A stretch of 64,000 nucleotides of DNA from Alphaproteobacteria bacterium (GTDB taxonomy: Bacteria; Pseudomonadota; Alphaproteobacteria; Bin95): assembly GCA_965205265.1 (NCBI GenBank), contig CBDBGH010000003.1, positions 3,552,001 to 3,616,000 of the forward strand, written 5' to 3'. The first letter of the stretch is position 1. Each line of letters starts with the position of its first letter. Below, piece after piece: positions 24,377-33,710 of the stretch. Below the pieces are notes generated by a model, which was not told the origin of the DNA, did not search any database, and saw only the letters and a list, made by a program, of their open reading frames with translations. A program made the translations under genes and the position numbers.

Positions 24377-25387
24377 TCAGCCGAGCGGCGCGGTCAGGCA
24401 GGCGATGACATGGTCAACGTCTATCCCCTCCGCCCTCGCGGCATAGGAGAGCGCCATGCGGTGGCGCAGCACCGGGCCGGCCAGCGCGCTCACATCCTCG
24501 ACCGAGGGGGAGAGCCGCCCCTGCAGCAGCGCGCGCGCCCGCGTGCAGCGCATCAGCGCCTGCCCGGCCCTCGGCCCCGGGCCCCAGGCGACCCACTCGG
24601 CGATGCGCCTGTCCTCGGCGGTTTCCGGGCGCCCGCGCCGCACGAGGTCGAGGATCGCCGCCAGCACCGTCTCGCCGATCGGCATGAGCCGCGCCAGTTC
24701 CTGCACCTCCAGCAGCTCCGCCGGCGAGACGACCGGGCGCGCTTCCTGCCCTTCGCCGCCGGTGGTCTTCAGCAGGATCGTCTTCTCGGTGTCGATGTCG
24801 GGATAGTCCACATCGATCTGGAGCAGGAACCGGTCCAGCTGCGCCTCGGGCAGCGGATAGGTGCCTTCCTGCTCGATCGGGTTCTGTGTCGCCAGCACAT
24901 GGAACGGCCGGGGCAGGGAGCGTGGATGCCCGCCGACCGAGACCTGGCGCTCCTGCATGGCCTGGAGCAGGGCGGACTGCGTGCGCGGGCTCGCCCGGTT
25001 GATCTCGTCCGCCATCAGCAATTGCGTGAACACCGGTCCCTCGACATAGCGGAAATGCCGCCCGTTCCCGTCCTCGTCCAGAATCTCGGAGCCGAGAATG
25101 TCGGTCGGCATGAGGTCCGGGGTGAATTGCACCCGCCGCCGGTCCAGGCCGAACACCCGCGACAGCGTTTCGACGAGCAGGGTCTTGCCGAGGCCCGGCA
25201 CGCCGACCAGGAGGCCGTGCCCATCGGCGACCATCGTGACCATGGCCTGTTCGACCACCGAAGCCTGGCCGAAAATCACCTCGCCGACCGCGACCGAGGC
25301 TTCGCCGAGGCGCGCCGCCGCGGAGTCGATGCGCCGGGCGACGGCGTCCCCGGATGCGTCTTGCGCTTCGCTTCGCAATGGCTGCAT
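24377..25387 (-). CDS. moxR: MoxR family AAA+ ATPase
   Basis: Walker A 'GVPGLGKT', 'QFTPDLMP', 'ADEINRASPRTQSALL', 'ATQNPIEQEGTYPLPEAQLDRF'. Confidence 0.95.
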   Translation of the reverse strand: MQPLRSEAQDASGDAVARRIDSAAARLGEASVAVGEVIFGQASVVEQAMVTMVADGHGLLVGVPGLGKTLLVETLSRVFGLDRRRVQFTPDLMPTDILGSEILDEDGNGRHFRYVEGPVFTQLLMADEINRASPRTQSALLQAMQERQVSVGGHPRSLPRPFHVLATQNPIEQEGTYPLPEAQLDRFLLQIDVDYPDIDTEKTILLKTTGGEGQEARPVVSPAELLEVQELARLMPIGETVLAAILDLVRRGRPETAEDRRIAEWVAWGPGPRAGQALMRCTRARALLQGRLSPSVEDVSALAGPVLRHRMALSYAARAEGIDVDHVIACLTAPLG

Positions 25388-25476
25388 GAAACGGGGCCTC
25401 CGTGTTCGACGCCGCGCCAGCAGGGAAAGGGCGCGGGCCTTCCGGCGCGGACATACTGCCCTATTATGGCACCGCC

Positions 25477-25980
25477 ATGGCCCGGAATCTCCAGACCTGC
25501 GAAGATTCGACGGACGCGCGCCCGCACGCGCCCATGCGCGGCGGCATGCGCATAGACCGCGACGGCGTGTGGTTCCACAACGGCCTGCCCTTCCGCCGCC
25601 CGGCGCTGGTGAAGCTGTTCAGCACCGTGCTGAAACGCGGCCCGGACGGCGGCTACCTGCTGGAAACGCCGGTGGAGCGCGTGGAGATCGAGGTCGAGGA
25701 CGCGCCCTTCGTCGCGGTCGAAATGCAGGCCGAGGGGGAAGGCCGGCGGCAACAGGTGCGTTTCCGCACCAATATCGACGAATGGGTGGCGCTCGGCCCC
25801 GGCCATCCGCTGCGGCTCGGCGCGCGGCCCTATCTGCTCGTCCGGCCCGGCATCGAGGCGGCGGTGCTGCGCGCGCCCTGGTACGAGCTGGCGGAACTGG
25901 CGGAAGAGACGGAGAGCGGCTACGGCGTGTGGAGCGGCGGGGCGTTCTTCGGCCTGGGAGCGCGCGACGATGACTCGTGA
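25477..25980 (+). CDS. DUF1285 domain protein
   Basis: 'IDRDGVWFHNG.PF.RPALVKLFSTVL', 'TPVE...VEDAPF', 'FRTN'; start uncertain. Confidence 0.88.
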   Translation: MARNLQTCEDSTDARPHAPMRGGMRIDRDGVWFHNGLPFRRPALVKLFSTVLKRGPDGGYLLETPVERVEIEVEDAPFVAVEMQAEGEGRRQQVRFRTNIDEWVALGPGHPLRLGARPYLLVRPGIEAAVLRAPWYELAELAEETESGYGVWSGGAFFGLGARDDDS

Positions 25981-26650
25981 GGAGGTGGTTGCGCGCCTCG
26001 AGGCGGCCGGCTTCGCCTCCGGCCCCGACGGGCCGGCGGCGCCGACGCCGCCATTCTCTCAAGATGCCGCGTTCCGCGCGGCGCCGCCCCGGCGCAGCGA
26101 TTTCGACCTGCTGCCGGACGGCCGGCCCGCCTTCGCCAACGGGCGCGCGCTCAAGCCGGCGGGCGTGCTCGTGGCGCTGGTGGCGCGGGCGGAGGGCCCG
26201 ACGATCCTGCTGACGCAGCGCACCCACCACCTCAAGCACCACGCGGGCCAGATCGCCTTTCCCGGCGGCAGGCGGGAGCCGGGCGACGCCGACATCCTGG
26301 AAACGGCGCTCCGCGAGACCGAGGAGGAAGTCGGCCTGGACCGGCGCCTCGTCGAGGTGCTGGGCCAACTCGAGGTGTATGAGACCACCAGCGCCTATGC
26401 GGTGACGCCGGTGATCGGCTGGGTCGAGCCGCCCTTCGACCTCACCGTCGATCCCTTCGAGGTGGAGGAGGCCTTCGAGGTGCCGCTCGCCTTCGTGCTG
26501 GACCCGGCGAACCACAAGCGCGAGACCATGTTCCGCGACGGCCTCCAGCGGCATTACTATGTGCTGCCCTACGGGGACTACCGCATCTGGGGAGCGACCG
26601 CCGGCATGCTCGTCAACCTCCACGACACGCTCATGGGACCGCCATGCTGA
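25970..26650 (+). CDS. nudL: CoA pyrophosphatase (Nudix, NudL family)
   Basis: 'LLTQR...HAGQIAFPGG', 'ALRETEEEVGL', 'IWGATAGML'. Confidence 0.92.
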   Translation: MTREEVVARLEAAGFASGPDGPAAPTPPFSQDAAFRAAPPRRSDFDLLPDGRPAFANGRALKPAGVLVALVARAEGPTILLTQRTHHLKHHAGQIAFPGGRREPGDADILETALRETEEEVGLDRRLVEVLGQLEVYETTSAYAVTPVIGWVEPPFDLTVDPFEVEEAFEVPLAFVLDPANHKRETMFRDGLQRHYYVLPYGDYRIWGATAGMLVNLHDTLMGPPC

Positions 26651-26907
26651 AGGTCGTTGTCCAGCTCCTGCTCGCCGCCTCGATCCCGCTGCTGCTCTAC
26701 ATGGCGTGGGTCGTCATCCGCGACGGGCGGCCCGCCCCCGGATGGCTGCGCGACGCGCCCTGGAACGCCATTCTCGTCTCCGGCTTCTGCCTGGTCGCGC
26801 TGCTGCTCGGCTACTGGGCGCTCACCGGCACCTCGGACCCGGAGGGCGCCTATACCCCGCCCCGGGTCGAGGACGGGAAGATCGTGCCCGGCAAGGTGGC
26901 GGAGTGA
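26644..26907 (+). CDS. Small membrane protein (DUF6111-like)
   Basis: Two TM segments and C-terminal 'YTPPRVEDGKIVPG'; conserved position between nudL and cca. Confidence 0.85.
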   Translation: MLKVVVQLLLAASIPLLLYMAWVVIRDGRPAPGWLRDAPWNAILVSGFCLVALLLGYWALTGTSDPEGAYTPPRVEDGKIVPGKVAE

Positions 26908-26951
26908 TACCGGCGGTCAGCGACCGGAACCGACGCCGATTGCCGCCGGGC

Positions 26952-27135
26952 CTCTCTTCCCCCGCTTGCGGGGGAGGCCGGGTGGGGGGCCGCTTGCGCG
27001 CCAGCGGAAGCGGCGGCGCCAACGCCGCCATTCGTAATGTTCGCCGCGTTCGGCGCGGCAGCGGGCAAAGCCCGGCGAAGACCCGTCACGTTGAGAGACC
27101 CTCCCCCGGCCCCTCCCGCCCGGCGGGAGGGGAGA
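26952..27135. repeat. REP/CIR-like inverted-repeat pair enclosing double-hairpin repeat copy B (27010-27064)
   Basis: Left arm TCCCCCGCTTGCGGGGGAGGCCGGGTGGGGG; right arm CCCTCCCCCGGCCCCTCCCGCCCGGCGGGAGGGG. Confidence 0.75.
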
Positions 27136-27180
27136 CAAGGCCATGCCCCCGGGCATAAGGCCCGCACCTGGCGCCCCGCC

Positions 27181-28329
27181 ATGAGCGAATTCGCGCCGGC
27201 GGCGGACTGGATGCGCGATCCCGACATCGCGCGCATCGTGGGGGCGTTGGGCGATTGCCGTTTCGTCGGCGGGGCGGTGCGCGACGCGCTGGCCGGCCTG
27301 CTGACCCCCGACACCGATATCGACATCGCCACGCCGGAGGAGCCGCCCGAGGTCGTGCGGCGGCTGGAGGCGGCGGGCCTGAAGGTCCGGACCTACGGCA
27401 TGGACCACGGCGTCGTGCTGGCCGTCGGCAGGCGCCGCCACGCCGAGGTGGCCTCGCTGCGCCGCGATGTGGAGACCGACGGCCGGCGCGCCGTCGTCGC
27501 CTGGACGCGCGACTGGCGCGAGGACGCCGCCCGGCGCGATTTCACCGTGAACGCCATGTCGGCGAGCCCCGAGGGCCGGCTGTTCGACTATTTCGGCGGG
27601 CGCGCGGACCTCGCCGCGGGCCTCGTCCGCTTCGTCGGCGACCCGGAACGGCGCATCAGGGAAGACGTGCTGAGGGTGCTGCGCTTCTTCCGCTTCACCG
27701 CCCGCTTCGGGACCCTGCCCGGCCACCCCGCGAGCCTCGAAGCGGCGGTCCGGCTCGCGCCGCTGATGGAGTCGTTGTCCGGCGAGCGCCTGAGGGCGGA
27801 GGTGCTGGGCCTGCTCGCCGCGCCCGACCCCGCGCCGGCCGCAGCGCTGATGGCAGAGCGCGGCGTGTTCCGCCCGGTCCTGCCGGCGGCGGAGAGGACG
27901 GACCGCCTCGCGCGCACCGTCCAGGCCGAAACCCGGCTCGCCGTCGCGCCCGATCCGGTCCGCCGCCTCGCCGCCCTGCTCGCCCGCCCGGACCCCGGGC
28001 GCCTGCGCCTCAGCGCGGCCGAGTCGGAACGCCTGAAGGCGCTTGCCGAACCGAAACCGCTGGACCGCAGGACGCTCTACCGCGAGGGCCGGGCGCGCTT
28101 CCTCGACCGCCTGCTGCTCAAGGGCGGCGGCGAGGCGGGCGAGGCGCTGCTGGCCGAACCCCCGCCCCCGCCCTTCCCGCTCGCCGGCCGCGACCTGCGC
28201 GCCCGCGGCGTCCCCCCCGGCCCCGAACTCGGCCGCCTGCTCCGCGAACTCGAAGACTGGTGGATCGCCCAAGCCTTCCGCCCCGACCGGGACGCCTGCC
28301 TGGCGGAGCTGGACCGGCGGCTGGGGTGA
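27181..28329 (+). CDS. cca: CCA tRNA nucleotidyltransferase
   Basis: 'FVGGAVRD', 'DIDIAT', 'LRRDVETDGR', 'DAARRDFTVNA', 'IREDVLRVLRFFRF'. Confidence 0.93.
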   Translation: MSEFAPAADWMRDPDIARIVGALGDCRFVGGAVRDALAGLLTPDTDIDIATPEEPPEVVRRLEAAGLKVRTYGMDHGVVLAVGRRRHAEVASLRRDVETDGRRAVVAWTRDWREDAARRDFTVNAMSASPEGRLFDYFGGRADLAAGLVRFVGDPERRIREDVLRVLRFFRFTARFGTLPGHPASLEAAVRLAPLMESLSGERLRAEVLGLLAAPDPAPAAALMAERGVFRPVLPAAERTDRLARTVQAETRLAVAPDPVRRLAALLARPDPGRLRLSAAESERLKALAEPKPLDRRTLYREGRARFLDRLLLKGGGEAGEALLAEPPPPPFPLAGRDLRARGVPPGPELGRLLRELEDWWIAQAFRPDRDACLAELDRRLG

Positions 28330-28497
28330 GGGTGCGAGTCGAGAGCCGCGTATCTTCCGGCCGGCACTCGGCCGCGGCCTGCGCATTGCGCAGCCGCCGG
28401 CAAGCGGCTTAGGATTGTCCGGGCTCTCCGCCATCTCTATCTTGAAGGCGGTATCGAGCCGCGCGGCATGTGGCCGAAATGTGGAGCGGCGAAACGC

Positions 28498-28992
28498 ATG
28501 AGCGAATTCATCGCCCAGAACCTTTGGGAAATACTGGGAATTGTCGCCGCGTCGGTCGGGGTGGCGTTCGCAATCGGCAATTGGGTCGGCGCGGTCAATG
28601 CGGACCGCAAATCTTTCAAGGCGTTCATGGCCGAGATACGGGAAAAGCTGGACAGGATACTGGAACGCCTGCCCCCGCCGGCGACCGTCCAAGCGGGTAG
28701 TCCGGTTCAATTGACCGGCTTCGGGGAAAAGATTTCGACCGGCCTCGCGGTGAAGGCATGGGCCGCCGGCGAAGCGCCCAAACTCACGGATCGGGCCTGC
28801 GGGAAACAGCCCTTTGAGATTTTCGAATTGTGCCTGGACCATGTGCAAAAGCAGTTCGCCGAGGATGAAGTCCTGCAAAGAACGATGCGCGCGGGGGCAT
28901 ACGAGCACGGCACGGAAGTGGAGCAGGTCCGAAAGGTCTATGAAGTGGAACTGCGCGACGAACTGCTGCGGCGCGTCGGGGAGAATGTTTAG
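28498..28992 (+). CDS. Hypothetical membrane-anchored protein
   Basis: N-terminal TM helix, coiled coil, 'SPVQLT..G' motif; codon usage somewhat atypical. Confidence 0.75.
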   Translation: MSEFIAQNLWEILGIVAASVGVAFAIGNWVGAVNADRKSFKAFMAEIREKLDRILERLPPPATVQAGSPVQLTGFGEKISTGLAVKAWAAGEAPKLTDRACGKQPFEIFELCLDHVQKQFAEDEVLQRTMRAGAYEHGTEVEQVRKVYEVELRDELLRRVGENV

Positions 28993-29192
28993 CGCGGAAC
29001 CCGTTCCGATAGAACCGCATTCCGGTCCGAGTCCGGAATCGTCGCGCGGTCCTGAGCCGGGACCCCGCCGCGGGTACCGCCCAGTATGGAGATAATGTGA
29101 GCCTTTGCGTCCCCATGGTGATGACGGTGGGCGTAGGACTTGGCGCTACAGCAGGGACGACGAGACGAAGACTGCCGAGTGGGGCTGGATAA

Positions 29193-29918
29193 TTGAATCA
29201 GAAACGTAGGAGTTCCTCAAAAAAACGAAAGCAACGCAGGAGGGATCCCACGGCCATTGCTCGAATCGGTTCCTGGATTGAGAGAGCGCTCGTCAACGCG
29301 CAAAGAGCCGTGAATCTCGCTGGCAGATTGTCGCCTCCAGACCTGTGCGAATCCAACGATCTCTTCTGGGCCTTGGCAAAATATGCCGAGAACGTGCAGG
29401 AGTCGATCACACAATTGGACAATATCAACAAACAAATACTGGACCGTCTCATTGAAATACCCGTCAGCCCGGAGAGGGACGGAGATGCTACATGGACAGG
29501 CTTGAAGGGAATGCGCACTAAGCTGGCTCATGAATTCTGGAAGATCGATTCCAAAATACTTTGGGAAACAGTTACAGAGGAATTTCCCAAGCTCATTGCT
29601 TTGTTTCATGCAATCCGACTTGTACCGGAGCTTGTTGGCAAGGGGCAGCCACTCAATTTCGAGATTAGCGGGAGTGACTTGCTCTCGCTTCCTGTCTTGG
29701 ACGGACACGGTAAGCCTGTTCCTGGGCAAAGCATCCTCTTCTTGTGGTTTGACGAAGAACGAAATCCCGAGATACTTCGGATTGGTGTCAAGGGGGACAA
29801 GAAATTGGCCTTTTGGCCTTCAATTCCTGTTCATTTGGGGGGAATGTACAAGATCAATTACGGACCGGAAGGTGAAAAGGAATTAACTCAAGTCGGCCCG
29901 CCAATGGATATAGGTTAG
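29193..29918 (+). CDS. HepT-like (DUF86/HEPN) ribonuclease with C-terminal extension
   Basis: 'WTGLKGMRTKLAHEFWKIDSKILWETV' follows the HepT W..GMR.4H..D..LW pattern; visibly low GC; TTG start uncertain. Confidence 0.75.
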   Translation: MNQKRRSSSKKRKQRRRDPTAIARIGSWIERALVNAQRAVNLAGRLSPPDLCESNDLFWALAKYAENVQESITQLDNINKQILDRLIEIPVSPERDGDATWTGLKGMRTKLAHEFWKIDSKILWETVTEEFPKLIALFHAIRLVPELVGKGQPLNFEISGSDLLSLPVLDGHGKPVPGQSILFLWFDEERNPEILRIGVKGDKKLAFWPSIPVHLGGMYKINYGPEGEKELTQVGPPMDIG

Positions 29919-30138
29919 ATCGTGATCCTTTCAGACTGAAACAGGCGGCGGCCCGGCCCGACTCATGGAAAAAGAGGCAATGTCCCAACGGCTTGCCGGA
30001 GCCGGGGCCGGACAACCGACCGTCCTACCGGGGAATGAAATAGCGGCCCTCGCTAAACCGTCCGGAGAAACCGGCGCTGAATTGGGCAGCCGATTCGCGT
30101 ATCTCTTGCTGGAATGGCGGCATGACGGGAGGCTGAAC

Positions 30139-30333
30139 ATGACCGGTCCGACAATCCGAAACCTGCCGGACGGCGCCGGACGGGCCCTTGAGGAGGCAAC
30201 CCGGCCCGAAGGCCGCGCCAGGCTGGGGTCATTGCTCGCCGAAGTCGGCCGCCATGCGGCGCTGACGGAGGAGGAATGGGCCGTTTTCGTCTCGCGGGAC
30301 AGGACGCCGGGGCGGCCGGTTTGCCTTGAATGA
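30139..30333 (+). pseudogene. FitA/StbC-like RHH antitoxin remnant (internal deletion, no PIN toxin)
   Basis: 'TIRNLPD...RAL' joined directly to 'EEATRPEGRARLGSLLAEVGR...RDRTPGRPV'; the usual central RHH helix is missing; GGAGG RBS. Confidence 0.7.
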
Positions 30334-30380
30334 GGGCGGTGGAGCGGGCCTTTTCGTCACTCGACTGCAAATGGTTCGCT

Positions 30381-30946
30381 GAAATAAGAAATATTTCTTA
30401 GAAATAGCTTGACCTCGGAGCAGCCTGCCCCCAGATAGGGCGGGAGGACGCGGCATCCGGAGGTTGTGTCCCTTCGCGTCGGCGCCGGCGCGAAAAGGCC
30501 CCGATTCAGCCGACAGGTGAAGTGCGCCTTGCTCCCGGCTCGCGCGCGTGGGCGCATCCGGGCAATCAGGCGCGCGATTCGCGCCGCCGCGAAACGCGCG
30601 CGGACGGGCGCGGGGGCGCCGGCGCATATTACGCGCGAATAAGGGTCCCGCCGCTTCGGGGGGGCGGCGCCGACGCCGCCATCGGCAATGTTCGCCGCGT
30701 TCGGCGCGGCGGCGGAAGAAGGAACGGGGAGGAACGGAATGAAACCCGATGGAGGAACGACATGCGGGATTGTGGAGATGGAGCCGGGGCGGCGCAGCTC
30801 CCTGAACTCCTCGCCCCGCCAGGTTGAAAGGAGCCCTCCTGCAAGCGGGAGGGGAAGCCGATGGACGGGCAACCCTATGCAGAAAAGGACCGCAGGCTAT
30901 GCGCCCTGCGCATGCCGATCATGACATCGCATGACATGCCATGACG
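30381..30946 (+). repeat. Long dispersed non-coding element, copy 1 (contains double-hairpin copy C at 30661-30715)
   Basis: Collinear blocks shared with 59551-60073, including a 37/39-nt identical core at 30562-30600. Confidence 0.8.
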
Positions 30947-31065
30947 CGCCGCAGGGGCGGCCTCACCGGCGCAAGGGCGGAGCTCGTGCCGCGGGGTCCC
31001 GGAGCGGGTCCGGGGCAGGCTGCTGGGCAGCGTCCGGGATGGCGCCGGGAGAAGGGCGGCGGGCG

Positions 31066-31617
31066 CTATTCCCTCGGCGCGTATTTGGCGAGGATGCGCT
31101 GGAGGGTGCGGCGGTGCATGCGCAGGCGGCGCGCGGTCTCCGAGACATTGCGCCCGCACTGCTCGTAGATGCGCTGGATATGCTCCCAGCGCACGCGGTC
31201 GGGCGACATCGGCAGCTCCGGCGGTCCCGGCGGGTCCGCGCCCATATGCTTCAGCGCCGTCTCGATGGCGTCGGCGTCGGCCGGTTTCGGCAGGTAGTCG
31301 ATGGCGCCGACCTTCACCGCCGCCACCGCGGTCGCGATATTGCCGTAGCCGGTGAGGATGATCGCGCGGCTCTCGGGGCGCACGGCCTGCAGGTGCGAGA
31401 CCACATCGACGCCGCTGCCGTCGCCGAGCCGCAGATCGACCACGGCATAGTCGGGCGGGTCGATATCCACCGCCGCCTTGCCGTCCGCCACCGAGCCGGC
31501 CGTGCGCACGTCGAAGCCGCGCCGCTCCATCGCCCGCGCCAGGCGGTTCAGGAAGGGCGGGTCGTCATCGACCAGAAGGAGTGTGCCGGCGTCGCCGGAG
31601 CCTTGCTGTTCGTTCAT
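31066..31617 (-). CDS. regA: RegA/PrrA/ActR response regulator
   Basis: 'LTGYGNIATAVAAVK', 'MSPDRVRWEHIQRIYEQCGRNVSETARRLRMHRRTLQRILAK'. Confidence 0.96.
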   Translation of the reverse strand: MNEQQGSGDAGTLLLVDDDPPFLNRLARAMERRGFDVRTAGSVADGKAAVDIDPPDYAVVDLRLGDGSGVDVVSHLQAVRPESRAIILTGYGNIATAVAAVKVGAIDYLPKPADADAIETALKHMGADPPGPPELPMSPDRVRWEHIQRIYEQCGRNVSETARRLRMHRRTLQRILAKYAPRE

Positions 31618-31620
31618 CGC

Positions 31621-32913
31621 TCAATCACCCCTTGTCTCGGGCTCCAGTATCACGCGCGGCCACAGAACCTCAACCTCCGCGCCGCCCTGGGGGCGGTTGA
31701 GGAAGGCGACCTCGGCGCCCGTGCGCTCCAGCAGCGTGCGCGCAATAAAGATGCCGAGGCCCATATGGCCGTCGCTGCCCCGCCTTGTGGAAAGATAGGG
31801 CTCGCCGAGGCGGCCCAGCAGCGCCACCGGGAAGCCGGGCCCGTCGTCGGAGATCGTCACCGCCACCCGCTCGGCGTCCCAGACGATGGCGGCGACCACG
31901 CGGCTGCGGGCGAATTGCAGCGCGTTGGAGAGGATGTTGCCGAGGCCGTTCACCAGTTCCGGGCGGCGCTCCAGGGCCGGCTCGGCCGTGTCGTCGCGCG
32001 CGCGGCCGAGAATGGCGAAATCGACCCCCTCGCGCCGGTGCGGGTCCGCCATGCTCTCGATCAGCGCCGTCAAGGGCATGCGGAGATAGGAGGCCCCGCG
32101 CGCATCCGGCCGGCGCGACAGCTCCGTCAGGATCGCCTTGCAGCGCTCGGCCTGGCTCTTCAGCAGATGGGCGTCCTCGGCGAGCGGGCTGTCCGCCGGC
32201 ACTTCGCGCGCGAGTTCCGAGGCGATGACGGTGATGGTGGCGAGCGGGGTGCCGAGTTCATGCGCGGCCGCGGCCGCGAGCGTGCCAAGATCGGCGACGC
32301 GCTGCTCGCGCGCCAGCGCGTCCTGCGCGGCCGAGACCGCATCGGTCATCCGGCGCCGCTCGATCGCCACCTGCCCCACATAGACGGCGAGGAAGGCGAT
32401 GGCGGTGATGGTGGCGAACCATATGCCCAGCACCAGCTCCGCCGGCATGGCGGGCGGCGGCCCGTCCCAGGGCAGCGGCAAATGCCAGACCGACAGCGCG
32501 CTGGCGGCCGCCGCGGCCAGCACGACGAGCTTGATGCAGCTCGCTCGGGACAGCACCGACGCCGCCACCGTCACCGGCGCCAGCAGCAGGAGTGCGAACG
32601 GGTTCTGGAGCCCGCCCGTGAGGAACAGCAGCAGGGCGAGCTGCAGCGTGTCGAAGGCGAGGAAGCCGAAGGCCTGCGGCTCCGGCAGGCCGGCCCCGGC
32701 GCGATGGTGCAGGCTGGCATACAGGTTGACGACCGCCGACATCGCGATGACCGCCGCCGCCGCCTCGATCGGCAGCCGGTATCCGAAGCCGAAATGGACG
32801 ACCAGCACCGTGCCCGCCTGCCCCGCCACCGCGACCCAGCGAATCAGCACCAGCGTGCGCGTCTGCACGATGCCGGTCTCGCCCCGGGGCGGCGCGGGCT
32901 CTAAAACCTTCAT
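31621..32913 (-). CDS. regB: RegB/PrrB/ActS redox sensor histidine kinase
   Basis: Quinone-binding 'TGGLQNPF', H-box 'AAAAHELGTPL', 'DDGPGF', 'MGLGIFIA'. Confidence 0.95.
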   Translation of the reverse strand: MKVLEPAPPRGETGIVQTRTLVLIRWVAVAGQAGTVLVVHFGFGYRLPIEAAAAVIAMSAVVNLYASLHHRAGAGLPEPQAFGFLAFDTLQLALLLFLTGGLQNPFALLLLAPVTVAASVLSRASCIKLVVLAAAAASALSVWHLPLPWDGPPPAMPAELVLGIWFATITAIAFLAVYVGQVAIERRRMTDAVSAAQDALAREQRVADLGTLAAAAAHELGTPLATITVIASELAREVPADSPLAEDAHLLKSQAERCKAILTELSRRPDARGASYLRMPLTALIESMADPHRREGVDFAILGRARDDTAEPALERRPELVNGLGNILSNALQFARSRVVAAIVWDAERVAVTISDDGPGFPVALLGRLGEPYLSTRRGSDGHMGLGIFIARTLLERTGAEVAFLNRPQGGAEVEVLWPRVILEPETRGD

Positions 32914-32957
32914 GGGGCGCCGGGCGCTCCTGCCGGTGTCGGAGAGGGAAACATAGC

Positions 32958-33710
32958 ATGAGCGAATGGGCCGTCTCGGTGCGCGACCTCTCGAAGGAAT
33001 TCGGGACCGTGAAGGCCGTGGACGGGCTGACCTTCGATCTCGAGCATGGCGGCATCGTGGCGCTGCTCGGCGGCAACGGCGCCGGCAAGACGACCACCAT
33101 CGCCATGCTGCTCGGCCTGCTGCTGCCGACCTCCGGGACGGTGCATGCGCTCGGCGCCGACATGACCCGCGACCGCTACCGGGCGCTGGAGCGCATGAAC
33201 TTCTCCTCCCCCTATGTCGAGCTTCCGGGCCGGCTGACGGCCGAGGAGAACCTGCTGGTCTATGCGCGCCTCTACGGCGTGGCGCGGGCGGGCCGGCATG
33301 TGCGGGAGCTTGCCGAAGCGCTGGAGCTCACCCCGCTGCTGAAACAGCGGACCCGCACGCTCTCCGCCGGCCAGAAATCCCGCCTCGCGCTCGCCAAGGC
33401 GCTGGTGAACGAGCCGCAGCTCCTGCTGCTGGACGAGCCGACCGCCTCGCTCGACCCGGAGACCGCCGATTGGGCGCGCTCCTATCTCGCCGCTTATGTG
33501 CAGCGGACCGGCGCCACCATCCTGCTCGCCTCGCACAACATGCTGGAGGTGGAGCGGCTGTGCCGCGACGTGCTGATGATGAAGGACGGGCAGCTGGTGG
33601 ACCGGGGCGCCCCGGACGCGCTGATCGCCCGCTACGGGCGGCGCAACATGGAGGAGGTGTTCCTCGACATCGCCCGCGGCGGGGTTAGCTCTCGCCGGCG
33701 GCTTCCGTGA
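32958..33710 (+). CDS. ABC transporter ATP-binding protein
   Basis: 'GGNGAGKTT', 'LSAGQ', 'LLDEPTASLDP'; 3' end overlaps the convergent gene. Confidence 0.92.
   Translation: MSEWAVSVRDLSKEFGTVKAVDGLTFDLEHGGIVALLGGNGAGKTTTIAMLLGLLLPTSGTVHALGADMTRDRYRALERMNFSSPYVELPGRLTAEENLLVYARLYGVARAGRHVRELAEALELTPLLKQRTRTLSAGQKSRLALAKALVNEPQLLLLDEPTASLDPETADWARSYLAAYVQRTGATILLASHNMLEVERLCRDVLMMKDGQLVDRGAPDALIARYGRRNMEEVFLDIARGGVSSRRRLP

Noticed and set aside
18712-25387. MoxR-DUF58-BatA/DUF4159 operon as a novel system
   Set aside because: Widely conserved alphaproteobacterial arrangement; function poorly known but not new.
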